A stretch of DNA of 64,000 nucleotides, from contig CBDFJF010000002.1 in assembly GCA_965248265.1 (NCBI GenBank), positions 2,560,001 to 2,624,000 on the forward strand. The letters are read 5' to 3'. The notes beneath the pieces are model-generated. The model was not told where the DNA came from. It did no database searches and saw nothing but the letters and a program-made list of their open reading frames with translations. The DNA comes from Candidatus Latescibacterota bacterium (GTDB taxonomy: Bacteria > Latescibacterota > UBA2968 > UBA8231). Every line of letters starts with the position of its first letter. Position 1 is the first letter of the stretch. A program made the position numbers and the translations under genes. Of this stretch, positions 17,406 to 28,120 are shown piece by piece.

Positions 17406-18308
17406 GTGAAGGAACTGAGAATACATCAGGTCGACGCGTTTACGGACGCTCTCTTCGGAGGCAATCCCACTGCCGTGGTCTGCGACGCCGATGTTCTCGA
17501 TGACGACGAGATGCGCAAGATCGCCCGCGAGATGAACCTCTCCGAATCGGTGTTCCTGCTGCCAAGCGACCAGGCCGACGTCAAACTGCGGTTTTTTACT
17601 CCCCCCGGTGACGAGATCAAGTTCTGCGGCCATGCAACGGTCGGCGCCCTCTACACGATTGCGACCCAGCAGCTGTACGAGACCAGCGCCAGCGGCGGGA
17701 GGCAACAGCTGACGATCGAGACCAATGCCGGCGTGTTGACTACCGACCTCGACTTCGACGGTGGTCCATCCCCCGGCATCATCCTCGACTGTCCCAAGAT
17801 AGACCTGGTGCCGACGAAGTACGAACTGGCGGATGTGGTGTCCGCGATGGGTCTGAAAGAGGATCAGGTGGACTGGGACAAGCCGCTGATGCTGGAGCGG
17901 ACCAACAATTATTTGTACTTCGCAGCTCCAAATATTGAGGTCCTGCAAGAGATCGAACTCGACGTGCGCGGTGCCATCGAGTTCGCTCAGAATGACCACA
18001 TCGTCGTGTTCTGCGTCATGACGGCGCAGGCCCTCGACGCCGCCAACCATGTCCATGCCCGCGGTTACGCCCCGCTCGTCGGGGTCCCCGAAGACCCGTT
18101 CACCGGATCGATGCAGGGTGGTCTGGCGGCCTACCTGGTCGCCAATGACATGGTAGGTGCTGATCTGTCCCTCATAGGCTCGGAACAGGGTCACTTCATC
18201 GGCCGGCCTGGCCAGGTGCGCATCGAGATCGTCGAGCGGGCGCCGCAATTCCGCGCGCGCATGCACGCCAGTGCCGTCGCCGTGTTTGAGACCGTGCTGA
18301 CATTGTAA
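17406..18308 (+). CDS. PhzF-family isomerase
   Basis: QVDAFTD...GNP, EMNLSESVF, FCGHAT, EDPFTGS, QGHFIGRPG. Confidence 0.92.
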   Translation: MKELRIHQVDAFTDALFGGNPTAVVCDADVLDDDEMRKIAREMNLSESVFLLPSDQADVKLRFFTPPGDEIKFCGHATVGALYTIATQQLYETSASGGRQQLTIETNAGVLTTDLDFDGGPSPGIILDCPKIDLVPTKYELADVVSAMGLKEDQVDWDKPLMLERTNNYLYFAAPNIEVLQEIELDVRGAIEFAQNDHIVVFCVMTAQALDAANHVHARGYAPLVGVPEDPFTGSMQGGLAAYLVANDMVGADLSLIGSEQGHFIGRPGQVRIEIVERAPQFRARMHASAVAVFETVLTL

Positions 18309-18350
18309 TGACGGCGTCAAGATTCTGAACGAAGGACATCCAATCAACAT

Positions 18351-20339
18351 ATGGAGGGTGTTGTGACCACGACTGGCCCGGCCCCATCAATCGTTGCATC
18401 CAGGATTTCGGCACCTCCGGAGTGGGCCCTGCTTCAACGCCAGCTCATGGAGGTGAATGAGCAGAACGCGGCGCTGGTGCTCGAAAAGCACTGCGCACCC
18501 GGTGGTATGCCGTACTACGCCGATGATGTGGACGATTTCTATGAAATCGTGTGCAACTGGGGACTCCTCTATGCAATGGGATCTCGTAAGCAGGTCTTCG
18601 AAGATGCCATGTCGCTGTGGAACGCGACGACGAGGACGAACGAGATACCGCGCGGCAATCCGGTCTTCAAATGGATGGTGCCACAGATACACAACGAGTA
18701 CTACTGCATGGCCCCGCAGGAGGATTCGACCTGGATCCCGGGACGGCGCATGGTCAACGAATGGCACCATCAGAGTGAGGGCAATATGGCCTTCTACGGC
18801 TTTGGTCTGGCTGATCCTACGGTGCCCGAGTCGCGCGACCGAGCCGTCCGTTTCGCCAACATGTATATCGGTGAGGACCCGGAGGCGCCCAACTGGGACC
18901 CCAAGCACAAGATCATCCGCTCGCCGTTTCCGACCAGCAAGGGACCGGTCTTCGAGATCTCCGTGGAGAACGTGATGGCCTACCTGCACGGCAGTCGCGC
19001 CGTGCACGGACAGTACCTCTTCAAGGAGATGGGCACGATGGCGACCCTGTACCCGGTCGTCAAGGAGGTGGAGGAGGGTTGGTGGAAAACGCCGGCACGG
19101 GCCGCGGAGGTCGTCGACACCTTCGGCAAGGTGGTCCTCAACGGTGATATCGCCAACAACCTGGCTGTCTGTTCTCTCGTCACCAACGCCTATCTCTACA
19201 CCGGGGAAGATCAGTTCAAGAAGTGGGTCCTCGATTACATAGAAGTGTGGATGGACCGGATCAAGAGGAACTCGGGTATCATCCCTGACAACGTCGGCCC
19301 GACGGGGAAGATCGGCGAGAATCGGGAAGGCCAGTGGTGGGGCGGATTGTTCGGGTGGAGCTACTACATGGGCTTCAACATCATGTTTCACGGTCTTACG
19401 GCGGCCTCGGAGTGCGCCCAGATGATGACGGGTGACTCCGGCTACCTCGAGCTGCTGCGCTCACAGCTCAAGGTAATCGCCGACAACTCGATCGAGGGGG
19501 ACGACGGCCAGCGACTGGTCCGCTATCGACATGATCATCGCGGCTGGGTCAATGACAGCGAGTATGGACACCTGGGCGCCAAGCCAATGCGGGGTAAAGA
19601 TATCGGCCACCTCTACCACGCCTCGCTGTCATCACAAGACTACGAGTTGGTCACCTTTTTCCGCGACGGAGAGGTGCGCCGCGACTGGAACGACGAACTG
19701 GGACGCGGGGAAAAGGACGACGGCGACTCGGAGCTCAGCCGCTTTCAGTACTACGACGGAAAAAACCCGAATTGGCCAGTACGGATTCTGCGCAAGGAGC
19801 TGGGGCAGGCGATCCAGAGCCACCAGGATCTACGGAACGAGAACCGCAGCCCCCAGCAGCTGGTGAACGATCATATGCACCCCCGGCACGCTGTGTACAC
19901 ACGGGCATTGATACAGACCATGTTCGGTTGCCCGCAGACCGTCTACAACGGCTCCCTGCTGCGGGCGACGGTCCGCTACTACGACGCGCAGGCCCGGCGA
20001 CCGGGGCTGCCACCTGACACGGCGGCCTTCGTGGATGAGATAAAACCCGATTCAGCGGGTCTGCAGTTGGTTAATCTCAGTCCGAATGCCATCAGCGACG
20101 TCATTCTTCAGGCCGGCGCCTTTGGTGAGCATGAGTTCACGGAGGTGAGGTGGCAGGGAAAAGGGGATTCGAAAGAAGGCAAGACCATCAGCGGCCGGCA
20201 TTTCACCGTCAGGCTGCCGCCGTCAACGGCGATCCGCCTCGATCTGGGTCTCAAGCGCTTCACCAGCCAACCCTCATACGCCCATCCCTGGCACGGCGGC
20301 GAAGTGCCGGTGGCCATCGAGCATGAACTGGCGGAATGA
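18351..20339 (+). CDS. Family X hypothetical protein, paralog X1 (probable alpha/alpha barrel)
   Basis: 662 aa ORF sharing APPxWALL, DDxYE, WHHxxEG, GEDPEAPN, TNAYLYTG, PDNVGPTGK, RFQYYDGKNP, PSYAxPWHG with four other ORFs in the window. Confidence 0.9.
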   Translation: MEGVVTTTGPAPSIVASRISAPPEWALLQRQLMEVNEQNAALVLEKHCAPGGMPYYADDVDDFYEIVCNWGLLYAMGSRKQVFEDAMSLWNATTRTNEIPRGNPVFKWMVPQIHNEYYCMAPQEDSTWIPGRRMVNEWHHQSEGNMAFYGFGLADPTVPESRDRAVRFANMYIGEDPEAPNWDPKHKIIRSPFPTSKGPVFEISVENVMAYLHGSRAVHGQYLFKEMGTMATLYPVVKEVEEGWWKTPARAAEVVDTFGKVVLNGDIANNLAVCSLVTNAYLYTGEDQFKKWVLDYIEVWMDRIKRNSGIIPDNVGPTGKIGENREGQWWGGLFGWSYYMGFNIMFHGLTAASECAQMMTGDSGYLELLRSQLKVIADNSIEGDDGQRLVRYRHDHRGWVNDSEYGHLGAKPMRGKDIGHLYHASLSSQDYELVTFFRDGEVRRDWNDELGRGEKDDGDSELSRFQYYDGKNPNWPVRILRKELGQAIQSHQDLRNENRSPQQLVNDHMHPRHAVYTRALIQTMFGCPQTVYNGSLLRATVRYYDAQARRPGLPPDTAAFVDEIKPDSAGLQLVNLSPNAISDVILQAGAFGEHEFTEVRWQGKGDSKEGKTISGRHFTVRLPPSTAIRLDLGLKRFTSQPSYAHPWHGGEVPVAIEHELAE

Positions 20340-20357
20340 CCAGAGGAGAGTGACAGC

Positions 20358-21509
20358 ATGGCGACATCAAACGGGGTGAAGTACCGGGTAGCCGTTATCG
20401 GCTGCGGCAGTCACGGCACGCGACTGGCGCGCACCATCGACCTCAACCCGCTGTGCGAGGTCGTGTGCGGTGTGAACCGCGGTCAGGAAGGGCTCGACCT
20501 GTTCTGCGAGCGCTTCGGTGTCCACGGGTACAGTGACTACCGCGAGATGCTGGAGAAGGAACGGTTCGAGATCGCGCTGATGGGCCTGCCTGTAAACGTC
20601 AATGCCGAAATCGTCACCGCCTGCGCCGAGAAGGAGGGTGTCGTCGGCATCATGAGTGAGAAGCCGGTGGCTACGAGTCTGGCTGAAGCCGATCGGGCGG
20701 TCGAGGCCTGTGCATCGCGCGGCATCCCGTGGGCCTCCGGGGACATGTTTCGGAATTCACCTCAGATTTGGAAGGCCAGGGAGCTGGTCGAAGCGGGCGA
20801 AATAGGTGACGTGCAGTCCATCGAGGTGTTCGGTGCGGGGGGAAACCAGATGTCGGGTCAGGGATGCCGGCAGCTCACCGACGCCTTCATGTTCGCCGGC
20901 GATGCCGACATCGATTGGGTGGTCGGGGCTGTCGACGGCAATCCGGCCGATGCCGAACTGGGGGAGATCGACGAACACAGCGACCACGACCAGGGCATCG
21001 TGTTCGGTTTCGTCCAGTTTGCCAACGGGGCGACCGCTCATCTGCACAAGAATATTGCTGCCAAGAACGGCATCGAAGTGCACGGGAGCACGGGTGTTCT
21101 CTACATTGGTCAAAGCAGGGTCGGCAAGATCTGGCACAGGGATGGTGCTGAGCTAAAGCTGGCCGGCAGCTTGTTCGATTACCCGGATACCGCCCACACA
21201 GCCTTGCGGGCCGATTTCGACGAGGACGGCTGGGAGGTTCAGCGCACCCGCATGACGGACAGCGTCGACGCCTTCGTCGAGGCCGTGGATAAGGGCACGC
21301 CCGCCAAATGTAGCGGCGCTGATGTGGCCAAGGCGCTGGAACTGGCCATCGCCGTGCGCGAGTCACACCGGCGCGGCATCGTCAAGGTCAACCTGCCGTT
21401 GGAGGATCGCGAACTGAAGATCATTCCCAGCGCCAGGCGCTACGTGGGCCGTCGGGAATGCGAGGGTACGGAGGCTTTCATGGAGTTCGTGAAAGGGTAC
21501 AAGCGCTAG
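20358..21509 (+). CDS. Gfo/Idh/MocA family oxidoreductase
   Basis: VAVIGCGSHG Rossmann motif, SEKPVATSLAEAD. Confidence 0.9.
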   Translation: MATSNGVKYRVAVIGCGSHGTRLARTIDLNPLCEVVCGVNRGQEGLDLFCERFGVHGYSDYREMLEKERFEIALMGLPVNVNAEIVTACAEKEGVVGIMSEKPVATSLAEADRAVEACASRGIPWASGDMFRNSPQIWKARELVEAGEIGDVQSIEVFGAGGNQMSGQGCRQLTDAFMFAGDADIDWVVGAVDGNPADAELGEIDEHSDHDQGIVFGFVQFANGATAHLHKNIAAKNGIEVHGSTGVLYIGQSRVGKIWHRDGAELKLAGSLFDYPDTAHTALRADFDEDGWEVQRTRMTDSVDAFVEAVDKGTPAKCSGADVAKALELAIAVRESHRRGIVKVNLPLEDRELKIIPSARRYVGRRECEGTEAFMEFVKGYKR

Positions 21510-21514
21510 AACGG

Positions 21515-21792
21515 ATGATCGGCCGAGCCAACAGCGCTTTGCGGGCTTGCCTGTTGCTGTGCGTACTTGCTCTGTCGGCTCCGGCGGAGTTGTCCGCGAC
21601 GGAGCCGGACCGTTCCGTCGCGCAAAAAAGATCATCTCCTTCCGCGGCCCCAACGCCCGCGGGTTGGCCCAAGACATCGAAAAGATGGAGAGACTGCTGC
21701 CGGGAATCGACGGCGTCGCCATCTATCCGAGCACCTATGGTGAGGGGATACCCACCGACGATGTCGGGCCCTATGGCTCCACTCGTTTCTAA
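21515..21792 (+). pseudogene. Frameshifted, apparently truncated secreted-protein gene
   Basis: Signal peptide MIGRANSALRACLLLCVLALSAPA continues as KKIISFRGP...GIDGVAIYP if the A6 run at 21624-21629 were A7; ends after ~90 codons. Confidence 0.5.
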
Positions 21793-21828
21793 ACCCAAAA
21801 CGAACGGCCACTCGAAAGGAACCCACTG

Positions 21829-22653
21829 GTGATGCTCAGCACGGTGGATGTACCCGAGATCCTCGAGCAACAGTACGCGGCAAACAAACAGCTGGCAGGA
21901 GAAATCGCCGAAGCTCTGGAAGGATCGGGCAAACAAGAGCGGCTGGATGCAGACGTCGACCTGCTGGCGTTCGAGGAACTGGCCTACGTCCATATCCGCG
22001 GGCAGGCCTATTTCAAGTTCTATCACAGCGACCGCCTGTTGCGCATGTTCTCGGCGGGAGACCTGGTACAGGCCGGCCCAAGATTCAGAGGCTCGGAGGC
22101 CAGGATCGTCTGTGATTTTGCAGCCGACGTGACCATTTACTCACCGTCAGAGGTGACGCAAGCGCTCGCTGACAAACCCGGTTTGCTGGCACAGTGGATA
22201 CAGTATTTCGAGAATGAGCAGACGATCATCTACGGCTTGTGTGCCCGCTATTCCCAGGTGGACAACCAGCCCGACATCCGCTTGAAGCACTTCCACCCCG
22301 GCGATGTCATCATCAGCGAAGGGGAACCTTCATCCGAAGTGCTGTGCCTCATCGATGGGTTGGCGCAAGTGACATCTCACGACGTAGTGGTAGGGGAAGT
22401 CAGGCCTTCCGAGTTTTTCGGTGAAATCGGCTTTCTGTTGAATCAGGATCGCACCGCCGCGGTGATCGCCGTCAAAGCCTGCACCGTTCAGATCATCGAT
22501 ACCAGCGAATTTGTCGAGTTCATCAAGCACAATCCGCAGGTCATCATCTCCCTGGCAACGACGCTCGCGGGGCGAATCGTCGAACTCAACGATCGGGTCG
22601 TTACTGCTGACGCTGTATCTGTTGGTCGCCGCCGCCACGATATTCCGCGCTGA
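21829..22653 (+). CDS. Cyclic nucleotide-binding domain protein
   Basis: FHPGDVIISEGE, FFGEIGFL...RTAAVIA cNMP cassette; degenerate N-terminal repeat; no HTH. Confidence 0.85.
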   Translation: MMLSTVDVPEILEQQYAANKQLAGEIAEALEGSGKQERLDADVDLLAFEELAYVHIRGQAYFKFYHSDRLLRMFSAGDLVQAGPRFRGSEARIVCDFAADVTIYSPSEVTQALADKPGLLAQWIQYFENEQTIIYGLCARYSQVDNQPDIRLKHFHPGDVIISEGEPSSEVLCLIDGLAQVTSHDVVVGEVRPSEFFGEIGFLLNQDRTAAVIAVKACTVQIIDTSEFVEFIKHNPQVIISLATTLAGRIVELNDRVVTADAVSVGRRRHDIPR

Positions 22654-22710
22654 TTGACAGGATCCACGATGTCTTCCGCGTTGCACAGATTCATCGAATC
22701 TGAGGTCAAG

Positions 22711-23577
22711 ATGATGAGAACGAAAATAGCGTTAGGGCTTGCCGTAATCGTGTCCAACGCTGCATGGGCTGGCTCGTTGGACATCGCGCCGGGCGGTTAC
22801 GGTCTCAGCATCGGCAATTCCAAGCGCATCACCGGTCTACGGATCAACGCGCGCGACACCGACGTCGAACAAATCAACGAAATCAACCTGACATTGTGGA
22901 AGGCTGGTAAGAATCCAGCCGCAAAGCTCAACGGCATCGCCGCCGGACTGGTCGGGCCTGAGGGTCAACAGCTCAACGGTGTCGCCCTGGGGTTGCTCGG
23001 TGCGGGGGCGCATGGTTCGGTTCGGGGCATTGCCATCGGCGGGTTGGGGATTGGGGCCGGCGCGAATGCGACTGGATTGATGATCGGAGGTTTTGGAGCC
23101 GGGGCAGGTGAGAGCGTAACCGGCATTGTTATCGGCGGTCTGGGCGTGGGAGCTGGTGAAAGTATCAGGGGCATCGCCATCGGTGGTCTGGGAGTGGGGG
23201 CGGGGGCAGAGATCACCGGCCTGGCACTCGGTGTTGTTGGCGCCGGAGCTGGCGAGAGGATACGCGGTATCGCCATCGGTGGCCTCGGCGTCGGCGCAGG
23301 GGAGCAAATCACCGGCGTCACCCTGAGTCTGCTGCGGGTGAAGGCCGGCAAGAAGATCGTTGGAGCTGCCGCCGGCCTGATCGTGTCGGCCAAGGAAATC
23401 CGCGGGTTGACTGTTGGCGGGGCAAACGGCATCGAGTCAGATCTGTTCACCGGTCTGTCGATCGGTGGATTCAACTGCACCGAAGAGCTTCACGGCGTGC
23501 AGCTGGGGTTGCTCAACTACGCGGGAAACAACCCGCGCTGGGCTCGGTGGCTGCCTCTGCTTAACATCCATCCCTGA
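22711..23577 (+). CDS. Secreted Gly-rich 16-aa repeat protein (beta-solenoid, LA_2272-like C-terminus)
   Basis: Signal peptide; repeats of GIAIGGLGVGAGExIx; C-terminal GVQLGLLNYA...LPLLNIH. Confidence 0.8.
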   Translation: MMRTKIALGLAVIVSNAAWAGSLDIAPGGYGLSIGNSKRITGLRINARDTDVEQINEINLTLWKAGKNPAAKLNGIAAGLVGPEGQQLNGVALGLLGAGAHGSVRGIAIGGLGIGAGANATGLMIGGFGAGAGESVTGIVIGGLGVGAGESIRGIAIGGLGVGAGAEITGLALGVVGAGAGERIRGIAIGGLGVGAGEQITGVTLSLLRVKAGKKIVGAAAGLIVSAKEIRGLTVGGANGIESDLFTGLSIGGFNCTEELHGVQLGLLNYAGNNPRWARWLPLLNIHP

Positions 23578-23596
23578 CCACCAACGTCACCGGAGG

Positions 23597-24412
23597 TTGA
23601 TTTCGATCCACAGCATACTCAATGTGCGGCTCTTCGGTTACGGCGTGCCATACCGAGCCGAGGTGAGCGACACGGATGGCGTGAATCCGTTACCGACCAA
23701 TGCCGATCAGGAGGCCAGCGACCTTGCCGGGGCATTGGCGCTGTTGGCGGGCGAGCAGGTCGACGCGATTCCCCCAGGGGAGGATGCATGGGCCGTATCG
23801 CTGCCGTTCGGAAGGTGCGGACTCGAGGGCAGGCCGCGAGAGCACCTGATCGTTCACGGTACGGAAGAAGCCTATCTCGATGTGCTTGACCTGGATGGCG
23901 CAAGGGTAACTCCGGTAGAGTCCAATCAGATTGTCGCCATCGAGCCCCAAACGGTCGTACGCTTGCGGGCCAGGTCCATGGCTGGCCGGCGAGTGCTGGT
24001 GGCGTTTCAGACGCAGGATCGCACTCCATTGATGGGACATGCTGCTCCGTTTACCCTCGATGGGGTGGTTCCGGAGGATTTCGCCGAGCGTCTGCGCAAG
24101 GTTCACGGCGTCTTCGCTGAGGTCCGTGGATTGTGGCGGGAAGATCGTTCAGCTTACCGGCAGGCGCTGGAGGGCTTCTTCGGTGACATGGCGACCCGAC
24201 TGGCCGGCAACGAGGAAGTGGCAGCCGTCGCCGCCGAGGCCCGCCGGGCTGGCTCCTACGATGTCGTTGACGAACGGGTGTTCTTCGACTTTCAGCGATC
24301 CATGCTGGATGCCGAGCTGCTGGAGCGGATCAGGTCGCAAGACGGCGAGCTCTTTCGCTTCCCAGGCATGTTCGGCGGCATTACGACGCTGTTCAACTAC
24401 CTGAAATCGTGA
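23597..24412 (+). CDS. Hypothetical protein, possibly a degenerate cupin
   Basis: Open frame with coding-like composition; EHLIVHG...VAIEPQTVVR beta pattern followed by a helical C-terminus; start uncertain. Confidence 0.55.
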   Translation: MISIHSILNVRLFGYGVPYRAEVSDTDGVNPLPTNADQEASDLAGALALLAGEQVDAIPPGEDAWAVSLPFGRCGLEGRPREHLIVHGTEEAYLDVLDLDGARVTPVESNQIVAIEPQTVVRLRARSMAGRRVLVAFQTQDRTPLMGHAAPFTLDGVVPEDFAERLRKVHGVFAEVRGLWREDRSAYRQALEGFFGDMATRLAGNEEVAAVAAEARRAGSYDVVDERVFFDFQRSMLDAELLERIRSQDGELFRFPGMFGGITTLFNYLKS

Positions 24413-24441
24413 GCCCTTACTTCCAGAGACCCGCCCCTACC

Positions 24442-25563
24442 TCAACGAGCTGGGGCGGTGCGAACGCGCCGCGCCGCTTCGGCCAGTCGTGAGAGTTTTT
24501 CGAAGGCTTCATCGATAGACGGAGGGTCGGCGAGGCCGGGGGAGAAACCGCAGTCCGGATTCAGGGCGATGCGCTCCGGTGCCAGGTACTTCGCTCCTTC
24601 GCGGGCAATGGCCTCGATCTCTTCTACCGTCTGCAGTTCTTCACCGCGAATATCCAACACTCCCATGCCGACGCCCAGGTTTTGCGGTAGCAGCTTCAAG
24701 TCATCCACGGCTCCGGTGTCCTGGTAGGCAAATTCCAGATTAACCCGATCGACTTTCGCATCCTTCAGATAAGGCAGGATCGGTTTGTAGTCACCGGTCA
24801 CATCCGCTCTTCGCCGGTATACACTGTGACAGCAGTGCAGATGGATTTCTGCCTCGAGCCCTTCAACGATCCTGTTGATTGAATCGAGCGCTTCGGGGAT
24901 CTGCCGGTCGATGTCCCAATCCTGCTTCAGGCGCTCGTCGTGGGTCTCCCCATGGGTCTGGAGGGCGCGGTCGCAGAAGTAGGTCAGCGCTGGATCGTCG
25001 AGTTGAAGCACGTCGACGCCGGCCTGGACGATGGATTCCGCCTCCAGCCTGAGCAACTCGGCCAGGTGATCCATCAGGTGTTGCCGGGTGGGATAGGCCT
25101 CGGTGCTGAAGTCCTCGTGCCAGAAGCGCGTGGCCAGCAGGAACGGACTCGGCAACGCGAATTTGGTTACCCGGTCTGTGTTCCTCACGAGAAACTCAGC
25201 TTCACGAGCGAAGATGGGCCCCGGGTATTCCATCCTGCGCACGAAAACGTCCGCCTTCTTTGACTCTCCCTGGTGCGAGTAGGGGCGAATCTTCTCACAG
25301 CCGTTGACCGGGTCGAGGAAGGCGTTGATGTAACTGAAACGGGACCACTCTCCGTCGCTGATGACGTCGATCCCCGCCTGCTCCTGAAGACGGATCGCAA
25401 AGATGATCATCTCCCGCATCAGTTTGGCGAAGCGCTCTTCGGGCATCCCGCGGCGCCGTTCCCACAGGTCTCGGACAAGCTGCGGTCGGGGAAGTGATCC
25501 GATTACGTGGGTGTAGAAGTGGGGGAGAGAGGAGGTTCGAGTCGTAATCATATCGTTCTCCAC
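24442..25563 (-). CDS. Cobalamin-independent methionine synthase II family (MetE C-terminal-like, single domain)
   Basis: IGSLPRP, QEQAGIDVISDGE, LQLDDP, HLHCCH, LEF, NPDCGF zinc ligands. Confidence 0.88.
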   Translation of the reverse strand: MENDMITTRTSSLPHFYTHVIGSLPRPQLVRDLWERRRGMPEERFAKLMREMIIFAIRLQEQAGIDVISDGEWSRFSYINAFLDPVNGCEKIRPYSHQGESKKADVFVRRMEYPGPIFAREAEFLVRNTDRVTKFALPSPFLLATRFWHEDFSTEAYPTRQHLMDHLAELLRLEAESIVQAGVDVLQLDDPALTYFCDRALQTHGETHDERLKQDWDIDRQIPEALDSINRIVEGLEAEIHLHCCHSVYRRRADVTGDYKPILPYLKDAKVDRVNLEFAYQDTGAVDDLKLLPQNLGVGMGVLDIRGEELQTVEEIEAIAREGAKYLAPERIALNPDCGFSPGLADPPSIDEAFEKLSRLAEAARRVRTAPAR

Positions 25564-25669
25564 ATGGATGCCCTATTTTCCCTCTCAATACTGCCCATTT
25601 CCGAGAAGGGGTAGTCCGGAGTTTCTTGGTAGTGAGCAGTCAACTTCCGATCGTAATCTGTGAACGTCA

Positions 25670-28120
25670 ATGTCGAACCACTCTTTCGGCGGGCTTTGGC
25701 ACATCGTCTGCCGCGCGAATTCTGTTCCGGTTCTTGCCGCCGTGCTCTGCCTGGAAGTTGTGGGTGCTCCGGCCCAGACCCGGCTCGAGCTCACCGAGCA
25801 AGAGCGCTCCTGGATCCAGGCCAACCCCGAGATCAGCGTCGCCGCAACTCCGGACTGGCCGCCGTTCGAATTTGTCGACAACAGCGGTCAGTACAAGGGT
25901 GTGACGATCGATTTTCTGCGTTTGATTGCCGATCGAGTCGGACTGACGCTAAACCCCGTTATCGGTCCGTGGGACGAACTCCTGGCCAAGCTTCGCGCCG
26001 GTGAGCTCGATGTCTGCCCAGGACTCGTGGACATGGAGAATCGCCGCACGTTCATGGGTTTCACCCATCCGTTCATAGATCTGCCCCAGACGATTGTAGT
26101 ACGAAAGGACTGGGATGGTGGCTTCGAACTTGAGGATTTTGCCACCACGACTGTCGCGGTGGAACGTGCCTATTACACACAGGAATTCCTTGCGGACCGG
26201 TTCCCCGGTATGAAGCTTCACCTGGTCACTTCCGCGCGCGATGCCCTCTTCGCCGTTTCCAACGGCGTTGCCGATGCCTATGCGGGTACGCGTCCATCCG
26301 TCGATTACCTGATTCGCGAAAACCTTATCGCCAATCTGCGGATGCGAACCCTCGATCTGCCTGACCTGGGCCTGTCCATGGGGGTTCGCGATGAACTGAC
26401 CGTTCTTCGGGACATTCTCGAAAAAGGGCTCGCGGCGATGACGGAAGGTGATCGCCGCGCGATTCTTGAGCAATACCTGTCGCAACTCCCATTGCATCTC
26501 ACTCGGGCAGAGAAGGACTGGCTGGCTGAACACGGGGAGGACATCAGATTGGGCATCGATGCGGACTGGCCGCCCTTCGAATTCCGCGATGCGACGGGCT
26601 CCTACGTCGGACTGGGAGCCGACTATGTCCGGGCGATCAATGCGCGTCTCGGCATAGAGATGACACCGGTTTCCGAACTGAGTTGGTCTCAAATCATGGA
26701 CGGCGCTCGTCGAGGCGAGATCGACGTCGTGCCCTGTCTCGTGCAGACGCCTGAACGCTCCAAGTTTCTCGTCTTTACAGATCCGTACATAGACCTGCCC
26801 ATGGTCATTCTGACGCGCGACGACGTGCCGTTCGTCCATGGCGTTGAGGATGTCGCTGACGGGCGTGTCGTCGTCATTGAAGGGTACCTCGCACAGGAGC
26901 TTCTGACACGGGATTATCCCGAGCGCACGTTCCCAAGTGTCCAATCAACTGAGGCAGCACTGCTGTCCGTGTCGGAAGGACAGGCGGATGCCTTCGTGAC
27001 CGATCTGGCTTCGAGCCGGGTAGTGATTCAGCGACTGGGAATCGATAATCTCAAGGTGGCCGCCACCACACCCTACGAACGTCAACTGGGGCTCGGTGTC
27101 AGGAAGGATTGGCCTGAACTCGTCACCATCCTGAACAAGACTCTAATCGCGATGCCGTCCGAGGACCGAGCCGACATCCATCGTCAGTGGCTCAACCTTC
27201 AGTTCGAGCGCGAAGTAGACTGGGACTTTGTCTGGCAAGTCGTGTTCGGAATTAGCGCCGTGTCAGTGCTCGTTCTCGGTGTTATTCTGATCTGGAATCG
27301 CCGGCTTGCCGCTGAGATCGAAGTGCGGCGTCAAGCCGAGCTTGCTCTGCGGCATCGTGAAGAAGAGTTGCTGCACGCTAAAGAGGTTGCCGAGGCCGCC
27401 GATCGTTCCAAAAGTGCCTTTCTCGCCAACATGAGCCACGAGATCCGCACCCCGATGAACGCCATTTTGGGGTATTCGGATTTATTGAATCGCGCGGTGA
27501 CGGAGGAAAAGCATCAGGGGTTCGTCGAGGCGATCAGGTCGAATGGATCTTCGCTGATGGATCTGATGAACGACATTCTGGATCTCTCGAGAGCCGAAGC
27601 AGGCAAGCTGAATCTCGAGCCGAACTGGTTTGATCCGCGTGTGACACTCGGCGAGATCGAGCAGGTTCATTCAGCCAAGGCAGGGGAAAAGGGGCTCGGT
27701 TTCAACATGAATGCCACGGACACTCTGCCCGATGCCCTGTTCCTCGATGAGGCGCGTCTGCGGCAGGTTCTCACCAACCTGCTCGATAACGCAGTCAAAT
27801 TCACCGAGAAGGGCCAGGTCGATCTGGCGGTCAAATGTGACCCTGCCGGTACCGCCACGACCGCGAATCTGGTGATACAGGTCGTCGATAGCGGCATCGG
27901 AATCCCGGAAAACCAACAGTCCAGGATTTTCTACTCTTTCACGCAGAATGACTGGCAGTCCGTCAATGACTATGGTGGTACCGGGTTGGGATTAACCATC
28001 GTCAAAGGACTCGTTGAGATGATGAACGGTAACATTACTGTCACCAGCGAGGTTGGCGAAGGCAGCACATTTCGGGTCATCCTGCGTGATGTGCCGATTT
28101 CGGCCAAGAGTGATCGCTGA
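25670..28120 (+). CDS. BvgS/EvgS-like sensor histidine kinase with two periplasmic solute-binding domains
   Basis: Two DWPPFEF repeats, TM helix, [36 protein letters not shown]. Confidence 0.92.
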   Translation: MSNHSFGGLWHIVCRANSVPVLAAVLCLEVVGAPAQTRLELTEQERSWIQANPEISVAATPDWPPFEFVDNSGQYKGVTIDFLRLIADRVGLTLNPVIGPWDELLAKLRAGELDVCPGLVDMENRRTFMGFTHPFIDLPQTIVVRKDWDGGFELEDFATTTVAVERAYYTQEFLADRFPGMKLHLVTSARDALFAVSNGVADAYAGTRPSVDYLIRENLIANLRMRTLDLPDLGLSMGVRDELTVLRDILEKGLAAMTEGDRRAILEQYLSQLPLHLTRAEKDWLAEHGEDIRLGIDADWPPFEFRDATGSYVGLGADYVRAINARLGIEMTPVSELSWSQIMDGARRGEIDVVPCLVQTPERSKFLVFTDPYIDLPMVILTRDDVPFVHGVEDVADGRVVVIEGYLAQELLTRDYPERTFPSVQSTEAALLSVSEGQADAFVTDLASSRVVIQRLGIDNLKVAATTPYERQLGLGVRKDWPELVTILNKTLIAMPSEDRADIHRQWLNLQFEREVDWDFVWQVVFGISAVSVLVLGVILIWNRRLAAEIEVRRQAELALRHREEELLHAKEVAEAADRSKSAFLANMSHEIRTPMNAILGYSDLLNRAVTEEKHQGFVEAIRSNGSSLMDLMNDILDLSRAEAGKLNLEPNWFDPRVTLGEIEQVHSAKAGEKGLGFNMNATDTLPDALFLDEARLRQVLTNLLDNAVKFTEKGQVDLAVKCDPAGTATTANLVIQVVDSGIGIPENQQSRIFYSFTQNDWQSVNDYGGTGLGLTIVKGLVEMMNGNITVTSEVGEGSTFRVILRDVPISAKSDR

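Noticed and set aside
22960-23320. 48-nt periodicity as a possible CRISPR array or DNA repeat element
   Set aside because: Degenerate at synonymous positions and in frame with a protein repeat; no spacers or cas genes
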